Shown here: one piece after another, positions 46,962 through 57,628 of the stretch
How positions within the stretch are numbered: position 1 is the first letter of the stretch
How the letters are laid out: the number at the start of each line of letters is the position of its first letter
Assembly: GCA_964415615.1 (NCBI GenBank)
Contig: CAYQAW010000001.1
Location: forward strand, 40,593-104,592
Direction: 5' to 3'
Source of the DNA: an uncultured Gammaproteobacteria bacterium
GTDB lineage: Bacteria > Patescibacteriota > Microgenomatia > Daviesbacterales > UBA10151
DNA: 64,000 nucleotides
Made by a program: the position numbers and the translations under genes
The notes under the pieces: model-generated
Databases searched by the model: none
Seen by the model: only the letters and a program-made list of their open reading frames with translations
What the model was told of the DNA's origin: nothing

Positions 46962-47259
46962 ATTTTATATTCCTCCAAACGCTTCCTTGCAGTTTTTATC
47001 TCCTGTCGAGGAGTTTTCTGACTTTTTTTCTTAAATGCACACACTACAATCATAGCCGACTCGGCTTTACCTAAAAGTAATCGAATAGATCCAGGTCGCA
47101 GTTCCCATAAATTACTATCTAGCTTCTTTAAATATTGACTTGGCAACCTAAACCCATTCTCCTCAAATAACTCAATATACCCTTGAGCTCGTCCTTGATC
47201 TATTTCAGACAGGATGCTAAAAATTCCTTAACTCTCTTATCAGTAATTACTTTCAACAT
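46958..47259 (-). pseudogene. Gp49-like (HigB/RelE-superfamily) toxin gene disrupted by a frameshift in a T5 run
   Basis: Frame 1 reads MLKVITDKRVKEFLASCLK*. A second frame continues ...SILSEIDQGRAQGYIELFEENGFRLPSQYLKKLDSNLWELRPGSIRLLLGKAESAMIVVCAFKKKSQKTPRQEIKTARKRLEEYKI. Joined, the two frames match the Gp49-like toxin family (YIDLLEEFGPRL...LYELR...IVLLHGFxKKTQKTPxxEI). The shift maps to the AAAAA run at 47219-47223 (T5 on the coding strand). Confidence 0.55.
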
Positions 47260-47351
47260 AATTTTATGACAAATTTATCATAATTACAAGTGGTAAAATC
47301 GTTATCTAATTAGAGGGTAACCCAAATATATACCGAAGTCAAGAGAGAAAT

Positions 47352-47828
47352 TTACCAACGGAAGTGACTGAAGGCCCTATTGGCTTGGGCTGTTTTTTGA
47401 GTATCGTCTTTCTTCTTAATAGCAAGTCCTGTACCATTTGCAGCATCCATCAGCTCTGCTGCCAGTTTTTTATCAAATGAATGATATTCTTTATTGGATT
47501 TGGATTTTGCCCCAGCTAAAATCCACCTTATAGCCAAGGCTTCTTTTCTGTCACCACGGACTTCAACTGGTACCTGATATGATGCTCCTCCAACCCTCCT
47601 AGGTCTTACCTCCATTTTGGGAACAACATTTGCTATGGCTTTTTCAAAAACAGACAAAGGCTCCTGCTTGCTTTGCTCTTTTATTGTCTCAAGAGCTTGA
47701 TAAACTACTTTTTCTGCAATGGTTTTTTTGCCGGAAATCATTAGTTTATTAATAAATCTAGTTATTATCTTTGATCCATAAATTGGATCTGGGGCTAAAA
47801 TTTTTTTTGAGGCTTTTTTGCTTCTCAT
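47352..47828 (-). CDS. rpsG: 30S ribosomal protein S7
   Basis: 158 aa. MRSKKASKKILAPDPIYGSKIITRFINKLMISGKKTIAEK. Confidence 0.93.
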   Translation of the reverse strand: MRSKKASKKILAPDPIYGSKIITRFINKLMISGKKTIAEKVVYQALETIKEQSKQEPLSVFEKAIANVVPKMEVRPRRVGGASYQVPVEVRGDRKEALAIRWILAGAKSKSNKEYHSFDKKLAAELMDAANGTGLAIKKKDDTQKTAQANRAFSHFRW

Positions 47829-47830
47829 AT

Positions 47831-48307
47831 TTATGCTGCTCCTACAGCTGGGGCTGATGCAGTTGCTTTAGGTGCTGCTGCCCTAGGTACGGGTCCGCCT
47901 CCTCCTGCCTTTGTACCATATCTGGATCTTCCTTGTTTTCTGCCTACTACCCCTGCTAAATCATACTTTCCTCTGACTAAATGATATTTCACTCCTGGTA
48001 AATCTTTTACCCTTCCACCTCTAACCAGTACTATACCATGCTCTGCCAAAGAATGTCCCTCTCCTTGAATATATGCTGTCACTTCAGTTCTGTTGGAAAG
48101 CCTTACTCTGGCTACTTTTCGGAGAGCCGAGTTAGGTTTTTTAGGAGTCATGGTTTTAACTAAAGTCACCACTCCTCTTTTTTGAGGGTTAAAATCTTGA
48201 GTGTATCTTCGATCTTTGGCATTAAAACCACGCCTTAAGGCTGTTGCTTTAATCTTTCTGGCAGTATTTTTTCGTCCTTTTCTTACTAATTGATTGACTG
48301 TCGGCAT
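47831..48307 (-). CDS. rpsL: 30S ribosomal protein S12 with a 30-aa Gly/Ala/Pro-rich C-terminal extension
   Basis: [56 protein letters not shown]. The tail reads [28 protein letters not shown]. Confidence 0.93.
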   Translation of the reverse strand: MPTVNQLVRKGRKNTARKIKATALRRGFNAKDRRYTQDFNPQKRGVVTLVKTMTPKKPNSALRKVARVRLSNRTEVTAYIQGEGHSLAEHGIVLVRGGRVKDLPGVKYHLVRGKYDLAGVVGRKQGRSRYGTKAGGGGPVPRAAAPKATASAPAVGAA

Positions 48308-48309
48308 TT

Positions 48310-51300
48310 CTAATTATCTACCTTTGCCCTCTCGTAACTTGTTGGAATCAAACGCCCAATTATAACATTTTCTTTGAGTCCTATTAATTTGTCATCTTTA
48401 CCAGACATCGCAGCATCTGAAAGTATTGATGTAGTTTCTTGGAATGAAGCTGCAGATAAGAAACTTTCTGTTTGCAAAGAAGCTCTAGTTATTCCTAATA
48501 TAACCACCTCTGCTGTGGCTGGTTCACCACCGCTTGCCAAAACCCGTCTATTTTCCTCTTCAAAACGGAGTTTGTCAATAATTTCACCAGGAAGCAAGTT
48601 AGTATCACCCTGGGTTTCTACTCTGACTTTATCAGACATCTTCCTGACAATCACCTCAAAATACTTCTCATTAATAGGCACACCCTGAGATTCATAAACA
48701 GATCTTACTTCATCAACTATGTAGCGTTGTGCAGCCTTCAAACCTTGAATTCTCAAAATTTCTTTGACATCCACATGCCCTGAAGCCAGCACTGTCCCAG
48801 CATCAATCAGTTGTCCTTCTTCTACTAGAAGGGCTGCAGTAGCAGGAATAATGTATTCCCTTTCTTCGTGTGGCTTTTGGGTAGTTTTAACCCTAACCCT
48901 TATCCCCAATTCAGTCTCAACGACTGAAACTTTACCAGCAATCTCAGACATTGGTGATGCAACTTTAGGGGTCCTGGCTTCAAATAACTCTTCTACTCTT
49001 GGTAAACCTTGGGTAATATCTAATCCGATAATCCCTCCTGTGTGGAAAGTACGCATAGTAAGCTGTGTGCCTGGCTCACCGATAGCTTGAGCAGCCACTA
49101 CTCCAACAGGGGTGCCAATTTTAACCAGTTGTCTAGTAGTCAAATCAAAACCATAACAAGCACTACAAATTCCATAACGGGCCTCACAAGTCAAAGGAGA
49201 ACGAGCTGATACTTTTACTACCCCTGCTTTTAGAATTTGAGTTATCGCCACTTCTGCTAGGATCGCACCCTTTTTGATAATTACTTTCCTGCTTTTAGGC
49301 TCTAATATATTCTCTGCAACAACTCTTCCCAGTAGCTTCTCTCTGGCGGTGGTAAAAACATCCTTTAAGATATCAAATTCCAAAAACAGTTCAGTTGCGC
49401 AATCTTCCATCCTGATAATAACATCATGAGCAACATCTACCAACCTTCTGGTCAAGTATCCTGCATCAGCTGTTTTCAAGGCTTTATCTGCTACACCTTT
49501 TCTGGCACCTCTGGCTGAAGTGAAGTATTCAAACACAGATAAACCTTGTCTGTAATTGGATTTCGTAGGCAATTCCACAATCTTACCGGTTGGATCAGTA
49601 GACAAACCCCGCATGGCAGAAAGTTGCTTTGCCTGATCTCTTGAACCTCTAGCGCCTGCTTCAACCATCATTCTGATAGGGTTTTTCATACCCAGATATT
49701 CCCAGGTAGCATTTGCCAACTCTTCTGTCACTTTAATCCAGACCATTTGTGAAAGCTGTGATTTTTCTTGTGGAGTAATTAAACCTTTGGCAGTATTTGC
49801 TTCAATTTTCTCGATTTCCTTTATAGCTCTATCCAAATAAGCCTGTTTATCAGATACAACTTTTGCATCAAAGATAGAAATTGAAATACCGGCAATAGTT
49901 GCCCCCCAGAAGCCAATAGTCTTAATATTATCTATCAGCTCTGTTGCCTTTTCCTTACCTAAAGTTTCCATTGCCCGCAGGATGATGTCACGGATAGTAA
50001 GCCCTTTAATAACTGAATTTATAAATTGCATCTCAGTAGGCAAAACTTGATTAAAAAGTATTCTACCTACCGATGTTTCTATAACTTCACCATTAATCCT
50101 GGTTTGGATTTTTTGTTGAATCCCAATTTTGCCTAAAGTATAAGCCCTAACTGCATCTTCTATGGGTGCAAAGAAGTGCAGTTTCTCACCTTCTGCAACA
50201 TCCTCAAACGAAGTCAAAAAATAACATCCCAAAGCCATTTCCCTATTTGGCACAGTCACTGGCTGAGCATTGGCTGGACTAAAAATATTTTCTCTTGCCA
50301 TCATTAAATTCTTTGCTTCCTCTTGGGCTTTCCCAGATAAAGGCACATGAACTGCCATCTGATCTCCATCAAAATCAGCATTAAATCCTGCGCAAATACA
50401 AGGATGAATAGCAATGGCATTACCATCAACCAGTATTGGGAAAAATGCTTGAATCCCTAATCTATGCAGTGTAGGAGCCCTGTTGATCAGAATTGGATGC
50501 CCTGTAATGATTTCCTCTAAAATATCCCAAACCTCAGAAGACCGAAGCTCCAAAACATTTTTTGCGCCTTTAACATTAGATGCCAAACCTCTGGCAATAA
50601 CTTCCCGCAAAACAAACGGCTTGAACATTTCAAGAGCCATTTCTTTTGGTAACCCGACTTGATCTAGTTTTAATTTTGATCCAACCACGATAACTGATCT
50701 TCCAGAATAATCTACCCTTTTGCCCAATAAATTCTGTCTGAATCTTCCCTGCTTACCCCGTAACATATCTGAGAGGGAACGGAGAATATGAGTAGTAGCA
50801 GGACCTCCCCGTCTTGAAGTCCTGGATGATGCATCTATCAAGCTATCAACAGCTTCTTGTAGCATTCTTTTTTCATTCCGCAAAATTATTTCTGGAGCAC
50901 CCAGATTAATTAGCCTGTTTAAGCGGTTATTTCTATTAATTACTCTTCTGTAAAGATCGTTTAAATCTGAGGTAGCAAATCTTCCTCCTGGCAGTTGCAC
51001 CATAGGTCGAAGGTCTGGGGGTAAAACTGGTAAAACCCGCAGTACTAACCATGCAGCAGAGATGCCAGAAGAACGCATTCCTTCAATCACCCGAAGTCTT
51101 TTTGTAGCCTTGATATGTTTTTGCCCTGTGGACTTTCTGACCTCTTCCCTCAAAGCTGCAGCCATTTTATCCAAATCTAGCTTTTGTAGAACTTCCAAAA
51201 ATGCTTCTGCTCCCATTCCTACCTGAAGAAAATCTGAAACTCCATATTCGAAAAGCTTTGAATATTCATCCTCTGATAGAAGTTTTAAAGCCACAACAGA

Positions 51301-52002
51301 TTTAACTAAATCAGATACAGCTTTAAAAATTCCTTCCAACTGACCAATTTCTACAACTAAATTATCTCTCAACTTTTGGATTTCATGTCTACCTTTTAAC
51401 TCTTTTTCCTGTGCCTCAAGTTCAAATTTTTCCTTTTCCAGTTTCTTTTTAAGACCAGTTACGTCCTTTTTGAGCTGACTTTCAAAATCTTTGATCGTCT
51501 TTTCCAAATTTTCTTTTGCTTGGGAAATTTTTGTTTGTAAATCTTTCTCTAATTTTTCCAGAGCTGCAGTTTTACCAGAGGGATCAATACTAATCACAAT
51601 ATAGGAAGCAAAATATATTACTGCTTCCAAATTTTTGGGTGAAATATCCAGTATCAGGGATAATTTGGAAGGCGCACCTTTGACAAACCAGCTATGAGCC
51701 ACAGGAGAGGCAAGATTAATATGGCCCATTCTTTCTCTTCTGACCTTGCTTTGGGTAACCTCAACTCCGCACTTATCACAAATTACTCCCCGGAATCTAA
51801 TTCTTTTATATTTACCGCAGTAACATTCATAATCTTTAGTAGGCCCAAAGATATTTTCAGAAAACAGTCCATCTTTTTCAGCTTTTAAAGTTCTATAATT
51901 GATAGTTTCTGGTTTTGTAACCTCACCAAAAGACCAATTCCTTATTTGCTCAGGAGAAGCAACTGTGAGTCTTAAACTTTCAAAATCTACTAAATCGTTC
52001 AT
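48310..52002 (-). CDS. rpoC: DNA-directed RNA polymerase subunit beta'
   Basis: 1230 aa. An N-terminal zinc finger and NADFDGDQM catalytic loop are present. Confidence 0.97.
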   Translation of the reverse strand: MNDLVDFESLRLTVASPEQIRNWSFGEVTKPETINYRTLKAEKDGLFSENIFGPTKDYECYCGKYKRIRFRGVICDKCGVEVTQSKVRRERMGHINLASPVAHSWFVKGAPSKLSLILDISPKNLEAVIYFASYIVISIDPSGKTAALEKLEKDLQTKISQAKENLEKTIKDFESQLKKDVTGLKKKLEKEKFELEAQEKELKGRHEIQKLRDNLVVEIGQLEGIFKAVSDLVKSVVALKLLSEDEYSKLFEYGVSDFLQVGMGAEAFLEVLQKLDLDKMAAALREEVRKSTGQKHIKATKRLRVIEGMRSSGISAAWLVLRVLPVLPPDLRPMVQLPGGRFATSDLNDLYRRVINRNNRLNRLINLGAPEIILRNEKRMLQEAVDSLIDASSRTSRRGGPATTHILRSLSDMLRGKQGRFRQNLLGKRVDYSGRSVIVVGSKLKLDQVGLPKEMALEMFKPFVLREVIARGLASNVKGAKNVLELRSSEVWDILEEIITGHPILINRAPTLHRLGIQAFFPILVDGNAIAIHPCICAGFNADFDGDQMAVHVPLSGKAQEEAKNLMMARENIFSPANAQPVTVPNREMALGCYFLTSFEDVAEGEKLHFFAPIEDAVRAYTLGKIGIQQKIQTRINGEVIETSVGRILFNQVLPTEMQFINSVIKGLTIRDIILRAMETLGKEKATELIDNIKTIGFWGATIAGISISIFDAKVVSDKQAYLDRAIKEIEKIEANTAKGLITPQEKSQLSQMVWIKVTEELANATWEYLGMKNPIRMMVEAGARGSRDQAKQLSAMRGLSTDPTGKIVELPTKSNYRQGLSVFEYFTSARGARKGVADKALKTADAGYLTRRLVDVAHDVIIRMEDCATELFLEFDILKDVFTTAREKLLGRVVAENILEPKSRKVIIKKGAILAEVAITQILKAGVVKVSARSPLTCEARYGICSACYGFDLTTRQLVKIGTPVGVVAAQAIGEPGTQLTMRTFHTGGIIGLDITQGLPRVEELFEARTPKVASPMSEIAGKVSVVETELGIRVRVKTTQKPHEEREYIIPATAALLVEEGQLIDAGTVLASGHVDVKEILRIQGLKAAQRYIVDEVRSVYESQGVPINEKYFEVIVRKMSDKVRVETQGDTNLLPGEIIDKLRFEEENRRVLASGGEPATAEVVILGITRASLQTESFLSAASFQETTSILSDAAMSGKDDKLIGLKENVIIGRLIPTSYERAKVDN

Positions 52003-55000
52003 TCTGCCTCCTTTACTTCAAAAGAACTGTCAGGAGCTCCCAGCTCTTCTATACTAGCAGTTGATTTCATATCTAGTGCTTCTTCAAGCTGCGCTATTTC
52101 AGTAGTCACTTCTTTACTCTTCTCAGCCTCAGCGACCTCAGTCACTATTTTTGCTCCCAGTGTTTCAACATAAAGTCCCAAGGCTTGCAATTCTTTAACC
52201 AACACCTTAAAAGATTCAGGAATTAAAGCCTGGGGAATATCAATTCCCTTAACAATTGCCTCAAAAGCTTTAGCCCGTCCTACTACATCATCAGATTTTA
52301 TAGTTAACATTTCTTGTAAGATATGCGCAGCTCCATATGCCTCCAAAGCCCACACTTCCATCTCTCCTAATCTTTGCCCTCCCATTTGAGCTTTTCCTCC
52401 CAAAGGCTGTTGAGTAACCAACGAATAAGGACCGGTGGAACGGGCATGAATTTTTTCCTCCACCATGTGAATTAATTTCAGGATATAATTTATACCCACC
52501 ACTACACTGCTTCCAAAAGGTTCCCCTGTTCTTCCGTCAAAAAGTTGTGTCTTACCGTCAGTTGAATACCCTGCTCTTTTTAATTCTTCCATTAATCTCT
52601 CTTCAGGAATCTTTTCAAAAACTGGCGCAGCTATTTTATAACCCAATTGCTTAGCCGCAAATGCCCAGTGTGTTTCTAGTAATTGTCCTAAGTTCATCCT
52701 GGAAAGAACTGATAGAGGAGAGATAATAATATCTATCGGAGTTCCATCAGCCATGTGTGGCATATCTGCAATCGGCACAATTTTGGAAATAACTCCTTTA
52801 TTACCATGGCGGCCTGCCAGTTTATCTCCGGCAGTCACTTTTCGGAGTTGAGCAACTTTTACTTTAATTCTCTGAAGAGTTCCTGTATCAAGCTCGTCTC
52901 CGTCATCTCGGGAAAGTATCTGCACTCCAATGACAGTACCCCGCTCACCATGAGGAATACGTAATGATGTATCTCTGACTTCCTTGGCTTTTTCTCCAAA
53001 AATAGCCCTAAGTAATCTTTCTTCAGCAGTCAACTCTGTTTCACCTTTGGGCTGAACTTTACCAATCAATATATCATTTGGCCTCACTTCTGCCCCAACT
53101 CTAACAATTCCTTTCTCGTCCAAATTAACTAGCGCTTCTTCAGACACATTAGGAATATCCGAAGTTAACTCTTCTGGTCCAAGCTTGGTTTCTACAACAT
53201 CGACTTCATATTCTTCAATATGAATTGAAGTTAACGCATCATCTTTTACTAACCTGTCTGAGATAACAATAGCATCTTCATAACCTAAACCATCAAAGCT
53301 CATATAGGCAATAAGTAAATTTTGACCTAAAGCCAACTCCCCGTTCTCACAAGCTGCGCCATCAATCAAAAGATCGCCTTTTTTCACCTTTTCATCTACC
53401 CCAACTACTGGTGTTTGCGAATAACAAGTTCCTTGAGGAGAGTGGACAAATTTCTTGATTTCGTACTTGATTTCATCCTGCTTAGTTTTCAAAATGAGCT
53501 TTTTCCCATCTACATATTTTATAGTTCCATCTTCCGGAGCTCTAACAACCCTACCCATATTATCAGCTACAATTCTCTCCATACCTGTACCTGAAATTGG
53601 AGCTGTAGGTCTGAGTAAAGGCACTGCCTGACACTGCATTTGGCTACCCATCAAAGCTCTGTTTGCATCATCATTGGCCAAAAATGGAATCAAAGAGGCA
53701 GATGTACCAAAAATCTGCTGGGGTGAAATATCAATTAAGGAAATATCTTTTGCTGTTCCTTCAAAGAAATTACCCTGATATCGGGTTGGCACTCTTTCAT
53801 CTAGAATGAAACCCTTCTCATCGGTATTTACAGTAGCCTCAGTAATATGAAAGTCTTCCTCATCATCGCCTGTAAAATAAATAACTTCATCAGTCACTTG
53901 TGGCTTACCTTTTTGTAGAACTACTTTTCTATAAGGAGTCTCTAAAAACCCATACTCATTTATCCTGGCATAAAGCGCCAGATATGTAACTAGTCCAATA
54001 TTTTGACCTTCAGGAGACCTGATAGGATCAATCCTGCCATATTGAGAGTGATTAATATCGCGTACAGAAAAAGATGCCCTATCTCTGGTAATACCGCCTG
54101 CTCCCATCACAGAAAGTCTCCTTAAATGATCAAGTTCAGATAAAGGATTTACTTGATCTAAAATAGAAGACAGTTGAGAGGAACGGAAAAATTCATTAAT
54201 AGCAGCAATCACTGGCTTGGCATTAATTAAACCACCTGGAGTGACTTCCTGATCAGCTGCTGTCAAACTCATTCTTTCTTTAATAATACGCTCAAGTCTT
54301 AAAACTCCAATTCTGAAAGCATTTTGCTGAACCAACTCACCGGCGCATCTAACACGGCGGTTTGCCAAATGATCTATATCATCCAGTTTACCCTCACCTT
54401 TACTTAATTTAATTAAATATTTTAAAGTAGCAATAATATCTTCTTTGGTTAAAATCCAATTATCGGGGGTATTTGGTATATTCAGACCAAGCCTTTTATT
54501 TATTTTATATCTGCCTACTTTAATTAAGTTGTAACGCCTGGAATTAAAAAACATTCCATCAAGTAGAGCTTTTGCATTATCTAATACTACCGGATCTCCT
54601 GGACGCATCTTTCTAAAAATCTCCAGAAGCGCCTCGTCAGTGTTGGCAGTTGGATCTTTGACTAGAGTTGCATCGATAAATTTGTCTTCTCCATTATCAA
54701 CGTCTTTGAAAAGCTCTACGATTGATTCATTGTCAGAAAATCCTAGAGCCCGGAGTAATGTGGTTGCAGCGAATTTTCTTCTCCTGTCAATCTTAGCTGT
54801 CAAAACTCCACCGCGGGTTATAGAAAACTCCAGCCATGAACCACGGTAAGGACGGATCTCTGCAGAAAATAATCTCCTTCCGGTAATTGGATCATCAGAG
54901 GCTTGGAAAAACACTCCAGGAGAACGGACTAACTGATTAATGATAACTCTCTCAACCCCATTTACGATAAAAGTACCTTTATCTGTCATTTGGGGAATAT

Positions 55001-55340
55001 CACCCAGAAACACATCCTGTTTATATCTTTGTCCTGTTTGCTTATTAATCAGGATTGCTTCAATTTTTAGAGGAGCATCATAAGTAACGCCTTTTTCACG
55101 GGCGATTTCTGCTGTATTTTTAGATTTACCAAAATAAAAGGACCCTAGCTGCAGGGTCCAATTCTTTCCTGTAAAATCTTCCACTGGGGAGATTTCTTCA
55201 AGGACTTCACCAATTCCAGTTTTAAGAAACCAATTATATGAATCAAGTTGAATTTGAATTAAATTAAGTTCTGGAACCAACGCTGGTGCTTTGCTCCAAT
55301 ATTTACGGTTATCTTTTGTATTAGATACGTTCAGTGACAT
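51999..55340 (-). CDS. rpoB: DNA-directed RNA polymerase subunit beta
   Basis: 1113 aa with conserved beta-subunit motifs throughout. It overlaps rpoC by 4 nt. Confidence 0.97.
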   Translation of the reverse strand: MSLNVSNTKDNRKYWSKAPALVPELNLIQIQLDSYNWFLKTGIGEVLEEISPVEDFTGKNWTLQLGSFYFGKSKNTAEIAREKGVTYDAPLKIEAILINKQTGQRYKQDVFLGDIPQMTDKGTFIVNGVERVIINQLVRSPGVFFQASDDPITGRRLFSAEIRPYRGSWLEFSITRGGVLTAKIDRRRKFAATTLLRALGFSDNESIVELFKDVDNGEDKFIDATLVKDPTANTDEALLEIFRKMRPGDPVVLDNAKALLDGMFFNSRRYNLIKVGRYKINKRLGLNIPNTPDNWILTKEDIIATLKYLIKLSKGEGKLDDIDHLANRRVRCAGELVQQNAFRIGVLRLERIIKERMSLTAADQEVTPGGLINAKPVIAAINEFFRSSQLSSILDQVNPLSELDHLRRLSVMGAGGITRDRASFSVRDINHSQYGRIDPIRSPEGQNIGLVTYLALYARINEYGFLETPYRKVVLQKGKPQVTDEVIYFTGDDEEDFHITEATVNTDEKGFILDERVPTRYQGNFFEGTAKDISLIDISPQQIFGTSASLIPFLANDDANRALMGSQMQCQAVPLLRPTAPISGTGMERIVADNMGRVVRAPEDGTIKYVDGKKLILKTKQDEIKYEIKKFVHSPQGTCYSQTPVVGVDEKVKKGDLLIDGAACENGELALGQNLLIAYMSFDGLGYEDAIVISDRLVKDDALTSIHIEEYEVDVVETKLGPEELTSDIPNVSEEALVNLDEKGIVRVGAEVRPNDILIGKVQPKGETELTAEERLLRAIFGEKAKEVRDTSLRIPHGERGTVIGVQILSRDDGDELDTGTLQRIKVKVAQLRKVTAGDKLAGRHGNKGVISKIVPIADMPHMADGTPIDIIISPLSVLSRMNLGQLLETHWAFAAKQLGYKIAAPVFEKIPEERLMEELKRAGYSTDGKTQLFDGRTGEPFGSSVVVGINYILKLIHMVEEKIHARSTGPYSLVTQQPLGGKAQMGGQRLGEMEVWALEAYGAAHILQEMLTIKSDDVVGRAKAFEAIVKGIDIPQALIPESFKVLVKELQALGLYVETLGAKIVTEVAEAEKSKEVTTEIAQLEEALDMKSTASIEELGAPDSSFEVKEAE

Positions 55341-55369
55341 TTGTAGATGGCCTATGGGACAGACTCAAC

Positions 55370-55409
55370 AAAAGGAAGCATACGTTATCGTACGCCTCCG
55401 TTTTTTTTA
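55370..55409. terminator. hairpin plus U-run immediately upstream of rpoB (candidate terminator or attenuator)
   Basis: GGAAGCATACG-TTATC-GTACGCCTCC-GTTTTTTTT on the plus strand. The complementary hairpin on the minus strand (GGAGGCGUACG/CGUAUGCUUCC) is followed by UUUUGUUG. Confidence 0.4.
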
Positions 55410-55477
55410 TTGAATTAAACTTAATTTACCACAAGTTTGGTAGCACGTCAAGAGGTCAGTTAAAAAAATTTTGATAT

Positions 55478-55801
55478 TTACTGAGTAAATTTAAAAGTGG
55501 AGAGAATTTGATCAATATATGGCTCACTCTTATCTGAAATTTCTAAATGAAGTATTTTCTTATTAACTAAAATATCTATCTGAGCTTTACTTCTTAAAGC
55601 TGGTTTTCCACTCACAGTAATAGATTTAGGTGCTGGAACTAAACTTTTTAAATTTTCATAAATATTTTCATCACCATATATCATAATTCTAAAAACTTCA
55701 TTACCTTCAGTATGCATATTTGTTGTAGGCACTTGTGTTACTCCTGCTTCAAAGAAATTAATATAACTACCCAAAGTATTATCAGGTATTTGATCTATCA
55801 A
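55478..55801 (-). CDS. hypothetical protein, paralog of the exported protein at 62148-62876, lacking a signal peptide (possible remnant)
   Basis: It shares ...YPPNW / ...IYGDENI and the C-terminal PYIDQILSTFKFTQ with the 62148-62876 product (QFDQILSTFKFTD). The frame opens only 23 codons upstream of the TTG start, after a TAA. Confidence 0.4.
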   Translation of the reverse strand: MIDQIPDNTLGSYINFFEAGVTQVPTTNMHTEGNEVFRIMIYGDENIYENLKSLVPAPKSITVSGKPALRSKAQIDILVNKKILHLEISDKSEPYIDQILSTFKFTQ

Positions 55802-55929
55802 CCAATTAGGAGGATATTTAAAACTAAATCTAAAAGTATTATCAGTATATGTTTTCCATTTTTATCTTCAAGATACCATACCCATACATGTGTACGATCG
55901 TCTTAATGTATGTCCATTCAAAATGGAAA

Positions 55930-56292
55930 TTAAATTAGTCCAAAATATTTTTTGGCTTCCTGCTCATCTTTTTTCATTTGTTTTATTAACTCCTCAGCAG
56001 AATTAAATTTTTGATTGTTTCTGATTTTTTTTATTAGACTAACAGAAATCCATTTACCATAGATATCTTTATTAAAATCCAATATAAAAGTTTCTGCAAG
56101 GAATTTTTTCTCATTAAAAGTTTTAGCCATGCCAATAAAAGTAAGTGAAGGGTATAAAACACCGTTTAGTTTAGTTTTGGAAATATATATTCCTACAGAA
56201 ATATCTTTTGTTAAATTAACATTAGCTGTAGGAAACCCTAATTTTTTTCCCCTCTGATTATGTTTTCTTACCTTCCCCCAAAATTTATTCAT
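55930..56292 (-). CDS. riboflavin kinase domain protein (stand-alone RFK, RibF C-terminal-like)
   Basis: 120 aa. GKKLGFPTANVNL is the RFK PTAN motif. Confidence 0.7.
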   Translation of the reverse strand: MNKFWGKVRKHNQRGKKLGFPTANVNLTKDISVGIYISKTKLNGVLYPSLTFIGMAKTFNEKKFLAETFILDFNKDIYGKWISVSLIKKIRNNQKFNSAEELIKQMKKDEQEAKKYFGLI

Positions 56293-57254
56293 GGGTTATT
56301 GGCTACATTTTGATTATGTTCTTCTAAAGTTTTGCCGTAATATGAGTTGCCTTTTGAGTCATGGTAATAATATAAATAAGGGGTGTTTAAATCAGCATTG
56401 GCCACAGCTTCAAGCGAGGCTAAACCAGGATTGGAAATTGGGGTTGGAGGCAAACCAGCATGCAAGTAAGTATTATATGGCGAGTCAACTTGAAAATCAT
56501 CTTTACTCAAATTCCTTTTCCACCAGCTTTTTTCCTGAAGTTGATACCCTAAAGCATATTGAATTGTAGCATCTGCATTCAGTCCCATATCTATTTTTAA
56601 TCTTTTAAGCAGAATGCTTGCTATTTCTGTTCTTACCTTTGCAGACCTTGCTTCCCGTTCAACAATAGAAGCTAAAATAATCCCTTGAGTCTCAGTAAGC
56701 CCTTTGGAACGGATTTGGGAACGCAAAGCGTCTGTAAAACGGTTATCAAAAGTTTTTCTCAAAGTATCAGTTATATATCCTACTGAAGCCTCTTTAGGAA
56801 AAAGGTATGTATCAGGAAACATGTAACCTTCTTTTGCCAATTCCAAAAATTTTGAATTTTGAATTTTGAATTTTGAATTTAATTCTTCTGCCATTTCTTC
56901 AACACGCCAACCCTCTATTAAAGTAACCCAAATATCCTCACTGCCTGTTTTCAAAGTTTTTACCAATTCCTGCACAGACATAGAAGGAGAAAGCTTAAAT
57001 GAACCTGCCTGAAGCTTATCTGTCAAATTATTTTGTTTGATATAAATCTTAAAAGCTAATTCTGATTTGATAAGATTATCTTCCTTTAACTTTTTAGCAA
57101 TTCCAGATACCCCGGTGCCTTTTTCAATTACAAAAACCTTAGTTGATTTATCAGAAGATACAGATCCCAATTGGCCATTCCACCAATTTTTACTTAAAAA
57201 AAATATAGCCATCAAAAAAATAAAAAACCAGATTATCCTTTTCATTTTTTTCAT
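56289..57254 (-). CDS. mltG: endolytic murein transglycosylase MltG (YceG family)
   Basis: N-terminal TM, then the EGYMFPDTYLFPKEAS (YceG) motif and C-terminal YYYHDSKGNSYYGKTLEEH. It contains a (TTTGAAT)4 tandem repeat. Confidence 0.8.
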   Translation of the reverse strand: MKKMKRIIWFFIFLMAIFFLSKNWWNGQLGSVSSDKSTKVFVIEKGTGVSGIAKKLKEDNLIKSELAFKIYIKQNNLTDKLQAGSFKLSPSMSVQELVKTLKTGSEDIWVTLIEGWRVEEMAEELNSKFKIQNSKFLELAKEGYMFPDTYLFPKEASVGYITDTLRKTFDNRFTDALRSQIRSKGLTETQGIILASIVEREARSAKVRTEIASILLKRLKIDMGLNADATIQYALGYQLQEKSWWKRNLSKDDFQVDSPYNTYLHAGLPPTPISNPGLASLEAVANADLNTPYLYYYHDSKGNSYYGKTLEEHNQNVANNP

Positions 57255-57628
57255 ATATTATCTAAATAATTTTGTAATATTTCTGCAGCTGAAAAATCAT
57301 CTTCATAACGGCGTTTTTTTCTTCCTCTGCCTTGGTCAATCATTGCCTGTAAAGCTTTTTTACTAGATAATGTCTCATCAGCAGTTACTACATCAAATCT
57401 CATTTTTTTTAAGGCATTAATAAATCCAGTCACATTTTTGCCCATTTTTCCTTCTGGTAAACCTACAACTATTTTTTGAAATCCACCATCTTTTATCACT
57501 TGTGAAGTTTTTTCTACAGCATCAGAAAAATTTTTAACCTCTATAATCTGCCAGGGGGAAACAAATTCACCTTCTGATATAGCCAAACCAATTCTTCTTT
57601 GACCAAAATCTACTCCTAAATACTTCAT
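57251..57628 (-). CDS. ruvX: putative pre-16S rRNA nuclease / Holliday junction resolvase-like RuvX (YqgF)
   Basis: MKYLGVDFGQRRIGLAISEGEFVSPWQIIEV. Confidence 0.85.
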   Translation of the reverse strand: MKYLGVDFGQRRIGLAISEGEFVSPWQIIEVKNFSDAVEKTSQVIKDGGFQKIVVGLPEGKMGKNVTGFINALKKMRFDVVTADETLSSKKALQAMIDQGRGRKKRRYEDDFSAAEILQNYLDNI

